Shown: positions 1-11,760, numbered from the stretch's first letter. The stretch: DNA of 64,000 nt from an uncultured delta proteobacterium (GCA_963727625.1 CAVSHR010000007.1:32001-96000), one strand, 5' to 3'. The notes: generated from the letters alone by a model not told the origin. A program made the numbers and translations.

Positions 1-3
1 CCC

Positions 4-175
4 ATGACCAAGGACCCCATCCCCGGCAGGACTGTGGACGAAGCGCCCCCGCTGCGTGCGTGCCGAGCGTGATGGACGCACGTTCTACTTTTGCAGCGAG
101 CACTGCCAGAAACAGTTTCTGTCAACGCTCGTTCAAAGCATGGCAGAGCGCGGTCGCTCAGGTAAGGGGTTGTAA
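4..175 (+). pseudogene. YHS-domain small protein, frameshifted
   Basis: Reads MTKDPIPGRTVDE... then, in another frame, AERDGRTFYFCSEHCQKQFL (YHS consensus DPxCGM...YYFCS..C). A 4-bp GCGT duplication near 54-61 breaks the frame. Confidence 0.65.
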
Positions 176-249
176 CTTTATCGGTAGAAATGAATCATAC
201 TTACGGATGATGAAATATTAACCCGAGAGAAGATAAAGAGGAAATTATT

Positions 250-471
250 ATGATGGGATTCGGAGGTATTTTTGGAATCCTGCTGATCGGAGTGATTGTG
301 TGGGCCGTCATTCAGTTTATGAATAAAAACAGTTCCAGCAAACCATTTACTTCCAATCGGCAGGAGCCGTCGGCTGATAAAGAAAATGCGCTGGACGTTC
401 TGAAAAAACGCTATGCCCGCGGAGAGATCAACCAGGAAGAATATGAGCGGATGAAAGAACGTGTGAAATAA
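250..471 (+). CDS. SHOCT-domain small membrane protein
   Basis: N-terminal TM helix; C-terminal ALDVLKKRYARGEINQEEYERMK matches the SHOCT consensus; RBS GAGG upstream. Confidence 0.85.
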   Translation: MMGFGGIFGILLIGVIVWAVIQFMNKNSSSKPFTSNRQEPSADKENALDVLKKRYARGEINQEEYERMKERVK

Positions 472-528
472 TTGGGAAGTACCTTAAGACACCCAAGGAA
501 GGCGCTCCGAGGTATTATTTGAAGAGCC

Positions 529-1089
529 ATGGTGAAGCAGAACATATTTCAAAAGAATCTCATGTTCGTGGTCACCCTGCTCAGCCTGCTAGCGTTCCAA
601 AGTTCTTCTCTGGCAGCCGGCGGCTTAATTGGCTCCGCGGCTCCCTATTTTAGAGTTCAATCGGGCGATGACAAGACACTGACCTTAGCTATGATCAAGG
701 GCAAGGTCGCCGTCATATTCTACCAGAACAAAGACATTCTGGACGCCAACAAGAGACTAAAGGATGAATTAAATAAACTGTATTACGAGCAGACGGATGC
801 CTTAAAAGACGTTCTAGTAAGACTCCCCATTATCGATTGTTCGCATGCATTCTGGCTCCTCCGGGGGATATGGAAAAGTAGACTCAGGGAATACTCTAAG
901 AAAGAGGGCCTCACCATATACGGTGACTGGAATGGCAAGATGTCGTCCGACTATAAGATGAAAGCCGGCATGAGCAACGTCGTCATCATCGATAAAGGTG
1001 GAAGAATAAGGTTTTTTACCTCGGGGGAGGTCAAGCCTGAAGAGATCAATGCCGTGAAGGAACTATTGATAGCTTTAGCAAGAGAGTAA
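529..1089 (+). CDS. Exported thioredoxin-like fold protein (YtfJ/AhpC-TSA-like)
   Basis: Signal peptide; IGSAAPYFRV start; VVIIDKGGRIRF C-terminal motif; no CxxC. Confidence 0.65.
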   Translation: MVKQNIFQKNLMFVVTLLSLLAFQSSSLAAGGLIGSAAPYFRVQSGDDKTLTLAMIKGKVAVIFYQNKDILDANKRLKDELNKLYYEQTDALKDVLVRLPIIDCSHAFWLLRGIWKSRLREYSKKEGLTIYGDWNGKMSSDYKMKAGMSNVVIIDKGGRIRFFTSGEVKPEEINAVKELLIALARE

Positions 1090-1387
1090 GGAATAGGAGA
1101 GCTATCGCCCCGGTCACAAAAATTAGAAAAGATGGGGCAATTTCCTCAAAAAAAGGATGTTTCGATGCAGCCATGCCTGATTGTGGCATTAGAGGTTAGC
1201 CATTTTAACTGTCATCTTTGCACTGCAAAATGCTATTCCCGGTCGTGTGACTTTTTGAGTTTGGAAATTTGAAGGCTCGTTGGCTTTGGCGCCGATGCTA
1301 ACATTTGCCTTGGGAGTTTTAATGAGTTTGTTGGTATCGATTCCTGCTATACGAGTGTGGTGTCTCTTAAATCGGGAGATTTATTTG

Positions 1388-1477
1388 CGTCATTCCGGCC
1401 AAGCTGGCGTTAGCTAGCGCGAGCCGGAATCCAGAAAGGCCAAAAAAACCTGGATTCCCGCTTCCGCGGGAATGACG
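1388..1477. repeat. CGTC-type palindromic REP dimer
   Basis: CGTCATTCCGGC...GCCGGAATCCAG followed by CTGGATTCCCGCTTCCGCGGGAATGACG: nested inverted repeats. Confidence 0.75.
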
Positions 1478-1937
1478 ACTAAGGCCGTCTTGGATAAAGT
1501 ACAAACAGCGTGAGACACACCACTGGAAAGAAGATCGGCAATTTCAAATCAGAAGAAGAAGATTGAGGAGCTGGAGAATAGATTACGGAAAAGCATTCCA
1601 CCGTCGGGATGAAAACTACGCTACGGAGAACAATATCTTGATCTATTCACCTCTTTTGCCGATTGTATCTGTCGCGCCAGGGTCAAGAGGCGATGCAAAC
1701 CGATGAGCCGGTCGAAGCTAACCGCGTTGATAACTTAGGGGAGCCGGTCCCGGGCGATCATGGCGCACACGCAGTTTCGCTGCGCGGTTGCGTCAATGGA
1801 GTTCTCCGTTCCAGACGACGAAGAATAGAAAATGGCTCGCATTGGCAGGGGTTGTCCTGACGGCCATAGTTTTCGATTGCTGGAGAAAATCCACAGGCAG
1901 AGAAGAGTTCCTAGCCTCTGAGGATGGCTTATAAACT

Positions 1938-2795
1938 ATGAACTCAGCCATTTTGGGAGGGCTTACGCTCAAGGATCTCGCTTTAAAAACCTGGAGGGCA
2001 ATTTATCAACACAACTGCCTTGGCAGGGCCGCAGAGCTTGCTTTTTACTTTCTGCTGGCTTTGTTCCCCTTGCTCATTTTTTTGCTAAACCTGATCAGTT
2101 TTATGCCTGGCGTTCAGGAAACTATTCTGTTTTGGCTATCGAGGCTGATGCCTCCGGATGCGACCCGTATAGTGGAAACCTGGGTCCAGAATGTTTTTGC
2201 CAATCGCAGCGGTGGTCTGATCTCTTTCGGCCTGATCTTTTCACTGTGGGCAGCATCGAGCGGTGTGGAAGCGTTGATTGCCGCGCTCAACAGCGCTTAC
2301 GAGGTTGAGGAAGGACGGCCGTTCTGGAAGGCGCGGCTCGTGGCACTGGGATTGGTTATTGCGCTGTGCCTTCTCGTCATCGGAGGTGCGGTGCTTATAA
2401 CGTTCGGCGACCCACTGGCTCGAGGCCTGGCCAATCTGGTCGGCTATCAAAAAACCATCGGCACGATATGGCTCATCATTCGCTACTTAATGGGTGTGGC
2501 CATGTTGATTATCGGGATGGCGGTCATCTATGTCTTCGCTCCGAACGTCAGGCAAAGATGGACCTGGATCGCTCCCGGCGCCCTGTTTGCCGTAGTGACC
2601 TTTGTAAGCGCTTCTTATCTGTTTTCCCTCTATATCCGGTATGCTGCGAGCTACAATGCCATCTATGGAAGTCTCGGGGCAGTCATCGTCCTGATGCTCT
2701 GGTTGTACCTTATGGGGCTCATCACGTACATTGGCGGCGAGATCAATTCCCAGATCGCAAGCGCTGCCGGAAAGCGTGTGGTGCGTAAGGTGTAG
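1938..2795 (+). CDS. YihY/virulence factor BrkB family membrane protein
   Basis: AAELAFYFLLALFP, YNAIYGSLGAVIVLMLWLY and GGEIN motifs; about six TM segments. Confidence 0.9.
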   Translation: MNSAILGGLTLKDLALKTWRAIYQHNCLGRAAELAFYFLLALFPLLIFLLNLISFMPGVQETILFWLSRLMPPDATRIVETWVQNVFANRSGGLISFGLIFSLWAASSGVEALIAALNSAYEVEEGRPFWKARLVALGLVIALCLLVIGGAVLITFGDPLARGLANLVGYQKTIGTIWLIIRYLMGVAMLIIGMAVIYVFAPNVRQRWTWIAPGALFAVVTFVSASYLFSLYIRYAASYNAIYGSLGAVIVLMLWLYLMGLITYIGGEINSQIASAAGKRVVRKV

Positions 2796-3020
2796 CGGGA
2801 CTATTGCCCTGCTCTTTTTCGCCGAACTTAGAATGACCATCGGCGAAGCAGTGGTGCGGCGGGGGCGGTTTTGTATATGGTGAGCGACGAAGCCGCCTAC
2901 GTGACCGGCACGCCGCGCTTCGAACTATTTTGACCTATGAATAAAAACTCCATCGCCTTTGGCGGGCCATGGTTTGAGCCGCGCCGGACACCGCAGCACG
3001 AGGCTTGCGTGGCCTGAAAT

Positions 3021-4244
<1,224 letters not shown>

Positions 4245-4429
4245 AAGTGCCGCATTCATCGACGACCAATGGAACGTTTGCCGCTTTCTCGGCTTTGACC
4301 GAAAAAAGAAATTTGAATATGCGCCGAAATCCAGCTCTCGGCTGGATCCATTTTCGGCGGGTGGTGTCCCCCCTATAATGTCTGGTGGGGTCAACACCCC
4401 ATCGCGCTCTCAGCAGGCGAAGCAGGATC

Positions 4430-5860
4430 ATGCTCGATTATTTGATCAATTTTGTCGGCGACCTCGGTCATTGGGGTTACCTCGTCATCTTTATTGTCGT
4501 GGCGCTGGAATGCCAGGCGCTGTTGGGCGTGGTCATGCCGGGCGAGAGCCTTGTGGTGGCGGGAGGATTCTTCGCGGAACAAGGGCTGCTCGATCCGGGT
4601 GTCCTGATCGTTGTGATCTCCATAGCTGCCATTCTCGGTGATAGCATTGGCTACGAATTCGGGCGGCATCTGGGACGAGGATGGCTGCTGAAACATGGGG
4701 CGCGATTTGGGCTGCGTCAGGAGCACCTGGATCACGTCGATAGTTTCTTCGTGCGCCATGGCGGCAAGGCCGTTTTCGGCAGTCACTTCCTGCATCTGTT
4801 GCGAGCGCTGATGCCCTTCGTCGCTGGTGCCCGCCGCATGCGCTATCCGAAGTTCCTCCTCTTCAATGCGGCGGGCTGCATCGTCTGGGCGACCGTGTAC
4901 GTCTTGCTTGGCTATTTGGCAGGGAAGAGCTGGCATGTGGCCGCGAAATGGATCGGTCGCGCCAGCGAAATTGGCGGTGGCGCGCTGCTGCTCGCCATCG
5001 CGCTGGGCTGGCTTTGGCGCTGGCTGGGGCGGCACGAGGCCGATGTCAAGCAGCGCTGGCAGGAGGTGGCGGAACATCCGCGCGTGGTAGCCCTGCGCCG
5101 ACGATTTACTCCCCAACTGGAATTTCTTCTCGATCGTCTCTCGCCGGGCGGCTATCTGGGACTTCATCTGACGATTGGGGTCCTGCTCCTCATCGGCGCG
5201 TCCTGGTTGTTCGGTGGCATCGCACAAGACGTGGTAGCCGGCGATCCGCTGACGGTTATCGACAAAATCATCGCGGAGTGGTTCCACGAGCGCCGGACTC
5301 CAGGACTGACGACAACGTTCCAGCTTGTGACCGGTCTCGCCTCGCCCACCTGGGTGACGGGCGTCACGCTGGTTAGCGCGCTTGTTTTGTGGTGGAAGCG
5401 GTGCTGGTATCGGTTGCTGGCCTTGGTGCTCGTCCTACCCGGTGGCATGGTCCTGGACTTTCTACTGAAAATTCTCTTCCAGCGTCACCGTCCCAGTTTC
5501 GCGGGTTCGTTCCTGATCTTCCACGGCTATAGTTTTCCGAGCGGTCACACGATGGCGGCCACGTTGCTGTATGGAGTGTTGGCCTCTTTTGCGGTCATCG
5601 CGCTCGAAGCCTGGCGCTGGCGAGTGGGGGCCGTCCTCGGCGCGTTCGTCATGGTTCTGCTGGTCGGTTTTAGCCGCGTGTACTTGGGTGCTCATTATCC
5701 AAGTGATGTGCTGGGAGGCGCGGCGGCCGGCTTCGCTTGGCTGGTGTTGTGTCTTACCGCTGTAGATACACTGCGCCGCAGCCGCACCCCCTATGCGGCG
5801 TCCCAGCTAGGAACACGAGGCACTCAGGGTCACGTCGGGACGAGAGGCGATACCCGCTGA
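4430..5860 (+). CDS. Bifunctional DedA / PAP2 phosphatase membrane protein
   Basis: DedA motifs (PGESL, GDSIGY, PFVAG); PAP2 motifs (RHRP, SFPSGH, SRVYLGAHYPSDV). Start placed at ATG 4430 after AGGA. Confidence 0.9.
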   Translation: MLDYLINFVGDLGHWGYLVIFIVVALECQALLGVVMPGESLVVAGGFFAEQGLLDPGVLIVVISIAAILGDSIGYEFGRHLGRGWLLKHGARFGLRQEHLDHVDSFFVRHGGKAVFGSHFLHLLRALMPFVAGARRMRYPKFLLFNAAGCIVWATVYVLLGYLAGKSWHVAAKWIGRASEIGGGALLLAIALGWLWRWLGRHEADVKQRWQEVAEHPRVVALRRRFTPQLEFLLDRLSPGGYLGLHLTIGVLLLIGASWLFGGIAQDVVAGDPLTVIDKIIAEWFHERRTPGLTTTFQLVTGLASPTWVTGVTLVSALVLWWKRCWYRLLALVLVLPGGMVLDFLLKILFQRHRPSFAGSFLIFHGYSFPSGHTMAATLLYGVLASFAVIALEAWRWRVGAVLGAFVMVLLVGFSRVYLGAHYPSDVLGGAAAGFAWLVLCLTAVDTLRRSRTPYAASQLGTRGTQGHVGTRGDTR

Positions 5861-5932
5861 ACGTAAGCGCAGGCCATGATTAAGCTTCACAGGTCGAAAG
5901 GTTTTCTGGACCGAATGTGTCGCTGACAAAAC

Positions 5933-6373
5933 GCTCGAAGGGACACTTCGAGCACTCCAAGGTCCCGTTAGCGTGTAAGTTGGGCTATAAGGATTGGGCC
6001 GAGAGCTGAGGCATTTCACCTCGGCGGCTCGCTATTATGCCACACCTCCACAGGCGCTAATTTCCGCCAGGACGCCCTGCGTCTCTGGAGCGCCTATGAA
6101 ATCTCGCCTTACCGTGCGAACAACCGGCGAAGATTTATTGCTGTTGCGACTTTCCCTTCCGGCATTGTTCTTGCGCCATTTAGTTAGCAGTAAGACCGTG
6201 ACTCGCTGTTTGAGGGATTCATGCATAAATAAATCTTTTCAAGTTGGTCCACTATTAGACAGCAATCTCTCGTGAAAAAAAATAGGTTCAGTAACATAAC
6301 AAGGAGATAAATCATGGCTGAGAATAACGCAGTAGTGGGGGTCTACGACTCCCACACCGAGACAGAAGCGAGC
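5933..6373 (+). repeat. Copy 1 of duplicated leader plus 5' end of general stress protein gene
   Basis: Homologous to 11321-11760; near-identical from 6140/11528 onward, more diverged upstream. Confidence 0.9.
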
Positions 6374-6427
6374 CGGCACGGGATGAGTCAACGGGCGGGC
6401 GTTCCGGTGAGGTGGGATAAATGTTGA
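6314..6427 (+). pseudogene. Truncated copy of general stress protein gene
   Basis: MAENNAVVGVYDSHTETEAS matches the first 20 aa of 11701..12228, then unrelated sequence and a stop. Confidence 0.85.
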
Positions 6428-6443
6428 TTCTCAAGGGAAGACA

Positions 6444-7178
6444 ATGAGACTCACCCTCAAGCCTCTGAACGCAGTCGCTCTGATCGCAACCGCACTGCAT
6501 TCTGGCGCTGCTTTCGCCCAAACCGCGGGCACCTCAGTCACGCCCAAGACGGGCCTAGCCCAGAGCCAGCAGGTGTCGACGGTGGCAGCCACCGGCAAAA
6601 CAAATCCCCTGGCCGGCGGCGCCGAGATCTTCGAGAACCTTAGTGAGGCCTCGTCGGTAATCGATGCGGCCGCGCTCAAGAAATCGTTGTCCGAATTTGA
6701 GGTGCTCTACCCCGAGATTTCTCGGCGTCTGTCTGCCGACGGAAAAATGCGTTTGGACGCGCTGGTGACCGGCGTTCGCAACGCCTGGCAGAAGAGAGAT
6801 CGCAGCGCGATGGCGATCCACTCCATTGAAGTCTACCGCTTGTTCCAGGAGTCGATCGATCATAGCGGTCAGCCAGTGCCCGTCGAAGTTCCCATGCTCG
6901 ATTACGCAGGTTTTAAGCTTAATGGCCTGCTGCTTTCGACTCGACCGGATTGGAGGCAAGTCGCCAAGACAGTGCAAGAGGCGTCGAAATGGTGGACTGC
7001 CATCGGACCCCGGATCACGGACAAGACCCTCCAGGATGCCATGGATCACACCCTTGACGGCATCAAGGAGGCCGCCGCCCGGAAAGATCCCAAGCTTCTG
7101 CGCTTCGCAGCGAAAATGGACCTCATCCTGGTGGACGGTCTGGAAACTTTCTTCAGTTCCCACCCACCTCCCAGATGA
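6444..7178 (+). CDS. Exported hypothetical protein
   Basis: 244 aa ORF with signal peptide (AAFA/Q); helical character; no recognisable family. Confidence 0.75.
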   Translation: MRLTLKPLNAVALIATALHSGAAFAQTAGTSVTPKTGLAQSQQVSTVAATGKTNPLAGGAEIFENLSEASSVIDAAALKKSLSEFEVLYPEISRRLSADGKMRLDALVTGVRNAWQKRDRSAMAIHSIEVYRLFQESIDHSGQPVPVEVPMLDYAGFKLNGLLLSTRPDWRQVAKTVQEASKWWTAIGPRITDKTLQDAMDHTLDGIKEAAARKDPKLLRFAAKMDLILVDGLETFFSSHPPPR

Positions 7179-7261
7179 CGCCCCAATCGCAATCCGTGCA
7201 GATCAATGGCAACCCGGAGCGGATTTACCACCGAACCGAGCTTAATAGGAGTTTATAGCAG

Positions 7262-7507
7262 ATGGATATGAATATGAAGGCCGAAGATCATGCTGTCGTG
7301 CAACGCATGCTTAACAAGGTTCCGGAAGTCACGCTCTACTTCTGGATCATCAAGATCATGGCAACCACGGTTGGCGAGACCGCGGCCGACCTCTTGTCAG
7401 TCAAGCTCAATCTCGGCCTCACCATCACCTCCTTTGTGATGGGCGCACTGTTGCTGTTGATGATGCTGGTCCAGCTACACTCCCGTGAGTACGTGCCGTC
7501 GATTTGA
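7262..7507 (+). pseudogene. Truncated COG4705/DUF347 membrane-anchored protein
   Basis: LNKVPEVTLYFWIIKIMATTVGETAAD is the family N-terminal signature; only 81 aa, far shorter than typical members. Confidence 0.75.
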
Positions 7508-7597
7508 GGAAGGAGCTTGCCGGTGTCCCGCCGCCACGAGACGGCTTACCACGACTACTACGGTCGCCCCTATCATTGGAGTGGCCCATATTTCTGA
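7495..7597 (+). pseudogene. Internal fragment of a third PRC-barrel gene
   Basis: Translates LPVSRRHETAYHDYYGRPYHWSGPYF; compare KPVSRQHEAYYHDYYGYPYYWTGPYL in 8369 and 12866. Confidence 0.75.
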
Positions 7598-7635
7598 GGA
7601 GCGATAGGCTTTAACATCACCACATAGGAGGCAAA

Positions 7636-8259
7636 ATGATAAGCAATGACAAAATTGAAAGTGCATCTCCGCATGTCCTGCCGTCCCTGCCCTACGCGGA
7701 AAACGCGCTGGACCCGGTAATCTCCGCAAAAACGATGGGCTTCCACTACGGCAAGCATCACAGGGGATATGTCGATAACCTGAACAAGCTGGTAGCAGGA
7801 ACGAAGTTTGCGGGCCTGCCGTTGGAGAAGATCATCACCGCGACAGCCGGCAAAGCTGACAAGACCGCGATCTTCAACAATGCAGCGCAAACATGGAACC
7901 ACATATTTTACTGGCGCAGCATGAGGCCGAAGGGGGGCGGTGAACCAGCCGCAGTGTTGAAGCAAAAGATCGAGGCTTCCTTCGGCACCGCGGATGCGTG
8001 CAAGAAGGAGTTGGCGGCTGCAGCAATGAGTCAGTTCGGCAGCGGCTGGGCCTGGCTCGTGGCGGATGGCGCCAAGCTCAAGGTGGTCAAAACTGCCGAT
8101 GCAGACGTGCCGATGACCACTGGCATGAAACCGTTATTGACCATCGATGTGTGGGAACACGCCTACTACTTGGATTACCAGAACCGACGCGCGGACTATG
8201 TCAACGCAGTGCTGGATAAACTGATTAATTGGAATTTCGCGGCAGAGAACCTTAGCTGA
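7636..8259 (+). CDS. sodB: Superoxide dismutase, Fe-type
   Basis: HYGKHH, WNH and DVWEHAYY metal ligands; NNAAQ and FGSGW signatures favour Fe-SOD. Confidence 0.95.
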   Translation: MISNDKIESASPHVLPSLPYAENALDPVISAKTMGFHYGKHHRGYVDNLNKLVAGTKFAGLPLEKIITATAGKADKTAIFNNAAQTWNHIFYWRSMRPKGGGEPAAVLKQKIEASFGTADACKKELAAAAMSQFGSGWAWLVADGAKLKVVKTADADVPMTTGMKPLLTIDVWEHAYYLDYQNRRADYVNAVLDKLINWNFAAENLS

Positions 8260-8368
8260 TGGCAGCCTGAACGGTTGCATGCTTTGTCCTAAAACGAGAC
8301 TAACGGGACGCTCGATCCGCCGCGCGCTGCACGACACGGATGAGATAGATTAAGAGGAGGGAAAGAGC

Positions 8369-9133
8369 ATGCAAAAAAGTACAAGGGATCAGAAGGGTAA
8401 TACGATCGTCGCAATCGATGGCGAGATTGGCAAGGTGGATGATTTCTATTTCGACGACAAATCCTGGACCATCCGATATCTGGTGGCCGACACCGGGAAT
8501 TGGCTTTTGGGCCGTAAGGTACTGCTCTCGCCGATCGCAATAGGCAAGGCGGATTTTTCCAGCGGGCGGTTCAACGTGACGCTGACCAAGAAGCAAGTCG
8601 AGGAGAGCCCCAGCATTGACACCGACAAGCCGGTTTCACGCCAGCACGAGGCCTATTACCATGACTACTACGGTTACCCCTATTATTGGACGGGTCCTTA
8701 TTTGTGGGGCCCCATGTACTTTCCTCAGCTCCCAGTCGCCACTCAAAAACGAGTTGAAGAACGGCGCTCGGAGCGAGAAGAAGCGGGGGATTTGCATCTG
8801 CGCAGCGCTGCTCACGTGACCGGCTATCACATCGAGGCCACGGATGGCGGCGTCGGTCATGTCGAAGACTTTATCATTGACGATGAAACCTGGGAGATTC
8901 GCTACATGGTGGTGGATACGCGGAATTGGTTGCCGGGCAAGAAGGTGCTGATCTCGCCGCGGTGGATCGATCGGGTGAGCTGGAACGATTCTAAAGTTTA
9001 CGTGAGCTTGGCCCGAGAGGCGATCAAAAATGTTCCCGAGTATCATCCGGACACTCTCAACCGGGATTACGAGGTGAAGCTGCACGATCATTACGATCGG
9101 CCGAAGTATTGGGATTCAACGACGTTGTTTTGA
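8369..9133 (+). CDS. Tandem PRC-barrel domain protein (copy 1)
   Basis: Two repeats of DG.IG.V.DF..DD..W.IRY.V.DT..WL.G.KVLI.P separated by a Tyr-rich linker. Confidence 0.9.
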   Translation: MQKSTRDQKGNTIVAIDGEIGKVDDFYFDDKSWTIRYLVADTGNWLLGRKVLLSPIAIGKADFSSGRFNVTLTKKQVEESPSIDTDKPVSRQHEAYYHDYYGYPYYWTGPYLWGPMYFPQLPVATQKRVEERRSEREEAGDLHLRSAAHVTGYHIEATDGGVGHVEDFIIDDETWEIRYMVVDTRNWLPGKKVLISPRWIDRVSWNDSKVYVSLAREAIKNVPEYHPDTLNRDYEVKLHDHYDRPKYWDSTTLF

Positions 9134-9182
9134 GTTGCTGGCCGCAGAAATGCCAGAACAGAGTGAGACCGGGGAGCCGATT

Positions 9183-9643
9183 ATGCCTGATCACGAAAAG
9201 ATTTTTTTGTATTCCACTTCGAAGAATTTTTTCATTGCAGCGGGCGTTTTGATTGCCGTCTTCATGATCGGATATCTCGTAGGCTATTGGCCTTTACATG
9301 TCAGTGCCAGCAAGGTTAAGGAGCAAAATTCACAGCTCGAACAGAAACTCGGGTTGACTGAACACAGCCTTGGCTTTGCTAAGCTGCGCGGTCAAGTCGG
9401 CATGATGAGCTATGAGGCCAATCGGAACAACTATGCCGAAGCCGCAAATTTTTCAACGGCGTTTTTAACGGAATAAGGGAAACGATCCGCGACACTAAGG
9501 ACGAAGCATTGAAAGAGCAGCTGACAACGATCAGTGTGCGCAGGGACGAGATTACGACCAATCTCGCGCAGGCTGATTCGTCCGTTAAGGAAAAGCTCGC
9601 GCAGATCTATGCTGATCTCTTCAAGGTGACGGCGGTGCTCTGA
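9183..9643 (+). pseudogene. Membrane-anchored coiled-coil hypothetical protein, frameshifted
   Basis: Adding one T to the T-run near 9462 extends STAF into FNGIRETIRDTKDEALKEQL...FKVTAVL* ending at 9643. Confidence 0.65.
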
Positions 9644-9869
9644 GGGAATTTAAGTCAGCTTGAGCGAGGATCGTTGAGAGGAAATTTGGTGGCAGCCGAA
9701 TCGACGTCAGTCCTCTAGGCCGAGATCCTCGTTATTGTTGCGATGAAATTTACCGGCCCACTACTTTCACGGGTAGCTCCGCGATCATCCTGCAAGGCAT
9801 TCACTCGCGCGTTGACATCGGCAACGAGCGGCTTGAACCTTTTGGGGTTGGCGCGGAGCGGCAAACTCG

Positions 9870-10020
9870 CCGAGAGCGCGCTTGAACTCTTGCGCTGCCA
9901 TTTCCTTGATCGTCGAAAGAACCGCCGCCATCGCGTTATTCACCAGATATTGATTGGTCCAAGGTTTTCTTCCACCGCCCGGCCGCGGCCTCGACCTGAT
10001 CCGGTTCCGCGACATCAGCG
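9870..10020 (-). pseudogene. Short-chain dehydrogenase/reductase relic
   Basis: With two indels reads [24 protein letters not shown](V)NNAMAAVLSTIKEMAAQEFKR, the SDR DV...G.ID..VNNA segment. Confidence 0.65.
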
Positions 10021-10159
10021 CACCATCATCGGTGCGAGCTCTATAAGCGCTGGCCGACCGACTGCGCACGGGGGTGGCTGACCTTTGCGAAGTCGGTTTC
10101 GTTGCGCCGGCTCGTACGACTCTTTCCAGCGTGGAACAGATGGCAACGGCAGGAGGCAC

Positions 10160-11221
10160 ATGATCTTCACATATTTGTTGCTACTGGTGCCATTCTCGCT
10201 GGGTCTGGCGTACTTCCATGCCGCGCCGCTCTGGGTCTTCGTCAGCGCAGCCGCCGCGATCGTTCCGCTAGCCGAATGGATCCGCCGCGCCACCGAACAG
10301 ATGGCGGAACGGGCGGGACCAGCCATCGGTGGTCTTTTGAATGTGAGCTTCGGCAACGCCGCTGAGTTGGTCCTGGCGCTTTTTGTCCTCTACACCGGAA
10401 AGACAAGTGTCGTCAAAGCCACAATCACCGGTTCGATAATCGGCAACAGCTTGCTCGGCCTGGGCGTCGCCATCGTGGTCGGCAGCTGGGGGCGCGCAAA
10501 GCAAACCTTTCATCGTGAGCGAGCAGGGTTACTGGGAAGTCTTTTGATTCTATCGGTGATTGCGCTCTTACTCCCGGCGCTGTTCGATTATACCGAACGC
10601 GAACTGATTGCCACAGCAGGCGCGGAAACACTTGACGAAAGCCTCAGTTTGGGCGTCTCGGTAGTGCTAATCCTGGTCTATGCGGGAAATCTTGTTTACA
10701 CCCTGTTCACACACCGCGACGTCTTCACTATCGAAGAAAAGCACGACCGCGCCACATGGTCGTTGCTCCTTTCACTCGTAGTTCTCTTTGGCGCGACTGC
10801 CTTGGTGGCCGGGGAAGCGTACCTGGTTTCCGGAACGCTCGAGGCCACAGCCGGCAGCCTGGGCCTATCGGAGTTTTTCTTGGGCATCATCGTATTGCCG
10901 CTGGTGGGAAATGCCGCGGAATTTTTCGCGGCATTCTCTTTCGCGCGGCAGGATCGGATGGGGTTGGTCATGAGTATCGCTGTGGGCTCAAGTATTCAGG
11001 TGGCATTGTTGATGGCCCCCCTGCTTGTGCTGATCTCGTACGGTTTACGCCGTCCGATGAACTTGGTGTTCAGTAACCCGCTAGAGTTGATTGCCATTGC
11101 CGCAACGGTGTTCGCGGTCAATTCGATCGCTCAGGACGGCGAAACAACGTGGTTCGAGGGCGTGTTGCTGATTGCCGTGTATGCACTCTTGGCCATGACC
11201 TTCTTTTTTGTGACCGCATGA
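10160..11221 (+). CDS. cax: Ca2+/H+ antiporter (CAX family), second paralog
   Basis: [22 protein letters not shown] and GNAAEF; ATG 10160 after AGGAGG. Confidence 0.92.
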   Translation: MIFTYLLLLVPFSLGLAYFHAAPLWVFVSAAAAIVPLAEWIRRATEQMAERAGPAIGGLLNVSFGNAAELVLALFVLYTGKTSVVKATITGSIIGNSLLGLGVAIVVGSWGRAKQTFHRERAGLLGSLLILSVIALLLPALFDYTERELIATAGAETLDESLSLGVSVVLILVYAGNLVYTLFTHRDVFTIEEKHDRATWSLLLSLVVLFGATALVAGEAYLVSGTLEATAGSLGLSEFFLGIIVLPLVGNAAEFFAAFSFARQDRMGLVMSIAVGSSIQVALLMAPLLVLISYGLRRPMNLVFSNPLELIAIAATVFAVNSIAQDGETTWFEGVLLIAVYALLAMTFFFVTA

Positions 11222-11320
11222 GAAAAACCCAAACGTCAGAAGATCTCTCCATGGCCACCCGATAGACGGCGCAAGCGTCGGTGATAGTCAATCGGCTCGC
11301 TTCGATTGAAATGGTGAACC

Positions 11321-11760
11321 GCTCGAAGGGACATTTAGCACCCGCCGAGTTTTCGTTAGCTTGTAAGTAGGCAACTGAGGACAGGATGGGGAGCTGAGGC
11401 ATTTTGCCTCGACGGCGCGCTAGTTTGTCACACCACCACAGGCTGCTAGTCGGCGGCAGGACGCGCGCATCTCGAATGCATTGACGAAATTCCTCCCTGC
11501 AGTACGAAAACCTTGTAGAGATGTATCGCTGTTGCGACTTTCCCTTCCGGCATTGTTCTTGCGCATTCAGTTAGCAGTAGGACTGTGACTCGCTGTTTGA
11601 GGGATTCATGCATAAATAAATCTTTTCAAGTCGGTCCACTATTAGACAGCGATCTCTCGTGAAAAAAAATAGGCTCAGTAACATAACAAGGAGGTAAACC
11701 ATGGCTGAAAATAACGCAGTGGTGGGGGTCTATAACTCCCACACCGAGGCAGAAGCAAGC
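11321..11760 (+). repeat. Copy 2 of duplicated leader plus gene start
   Basis: Homologous to 5933-6373. Confidence 0.9.

Noticed and set aside
1663-1860. 65-aa ORF and other short intergenic ORFs (20776-21063, 60489-60773)
   Set aside because: No RBS, motif or compositional support.
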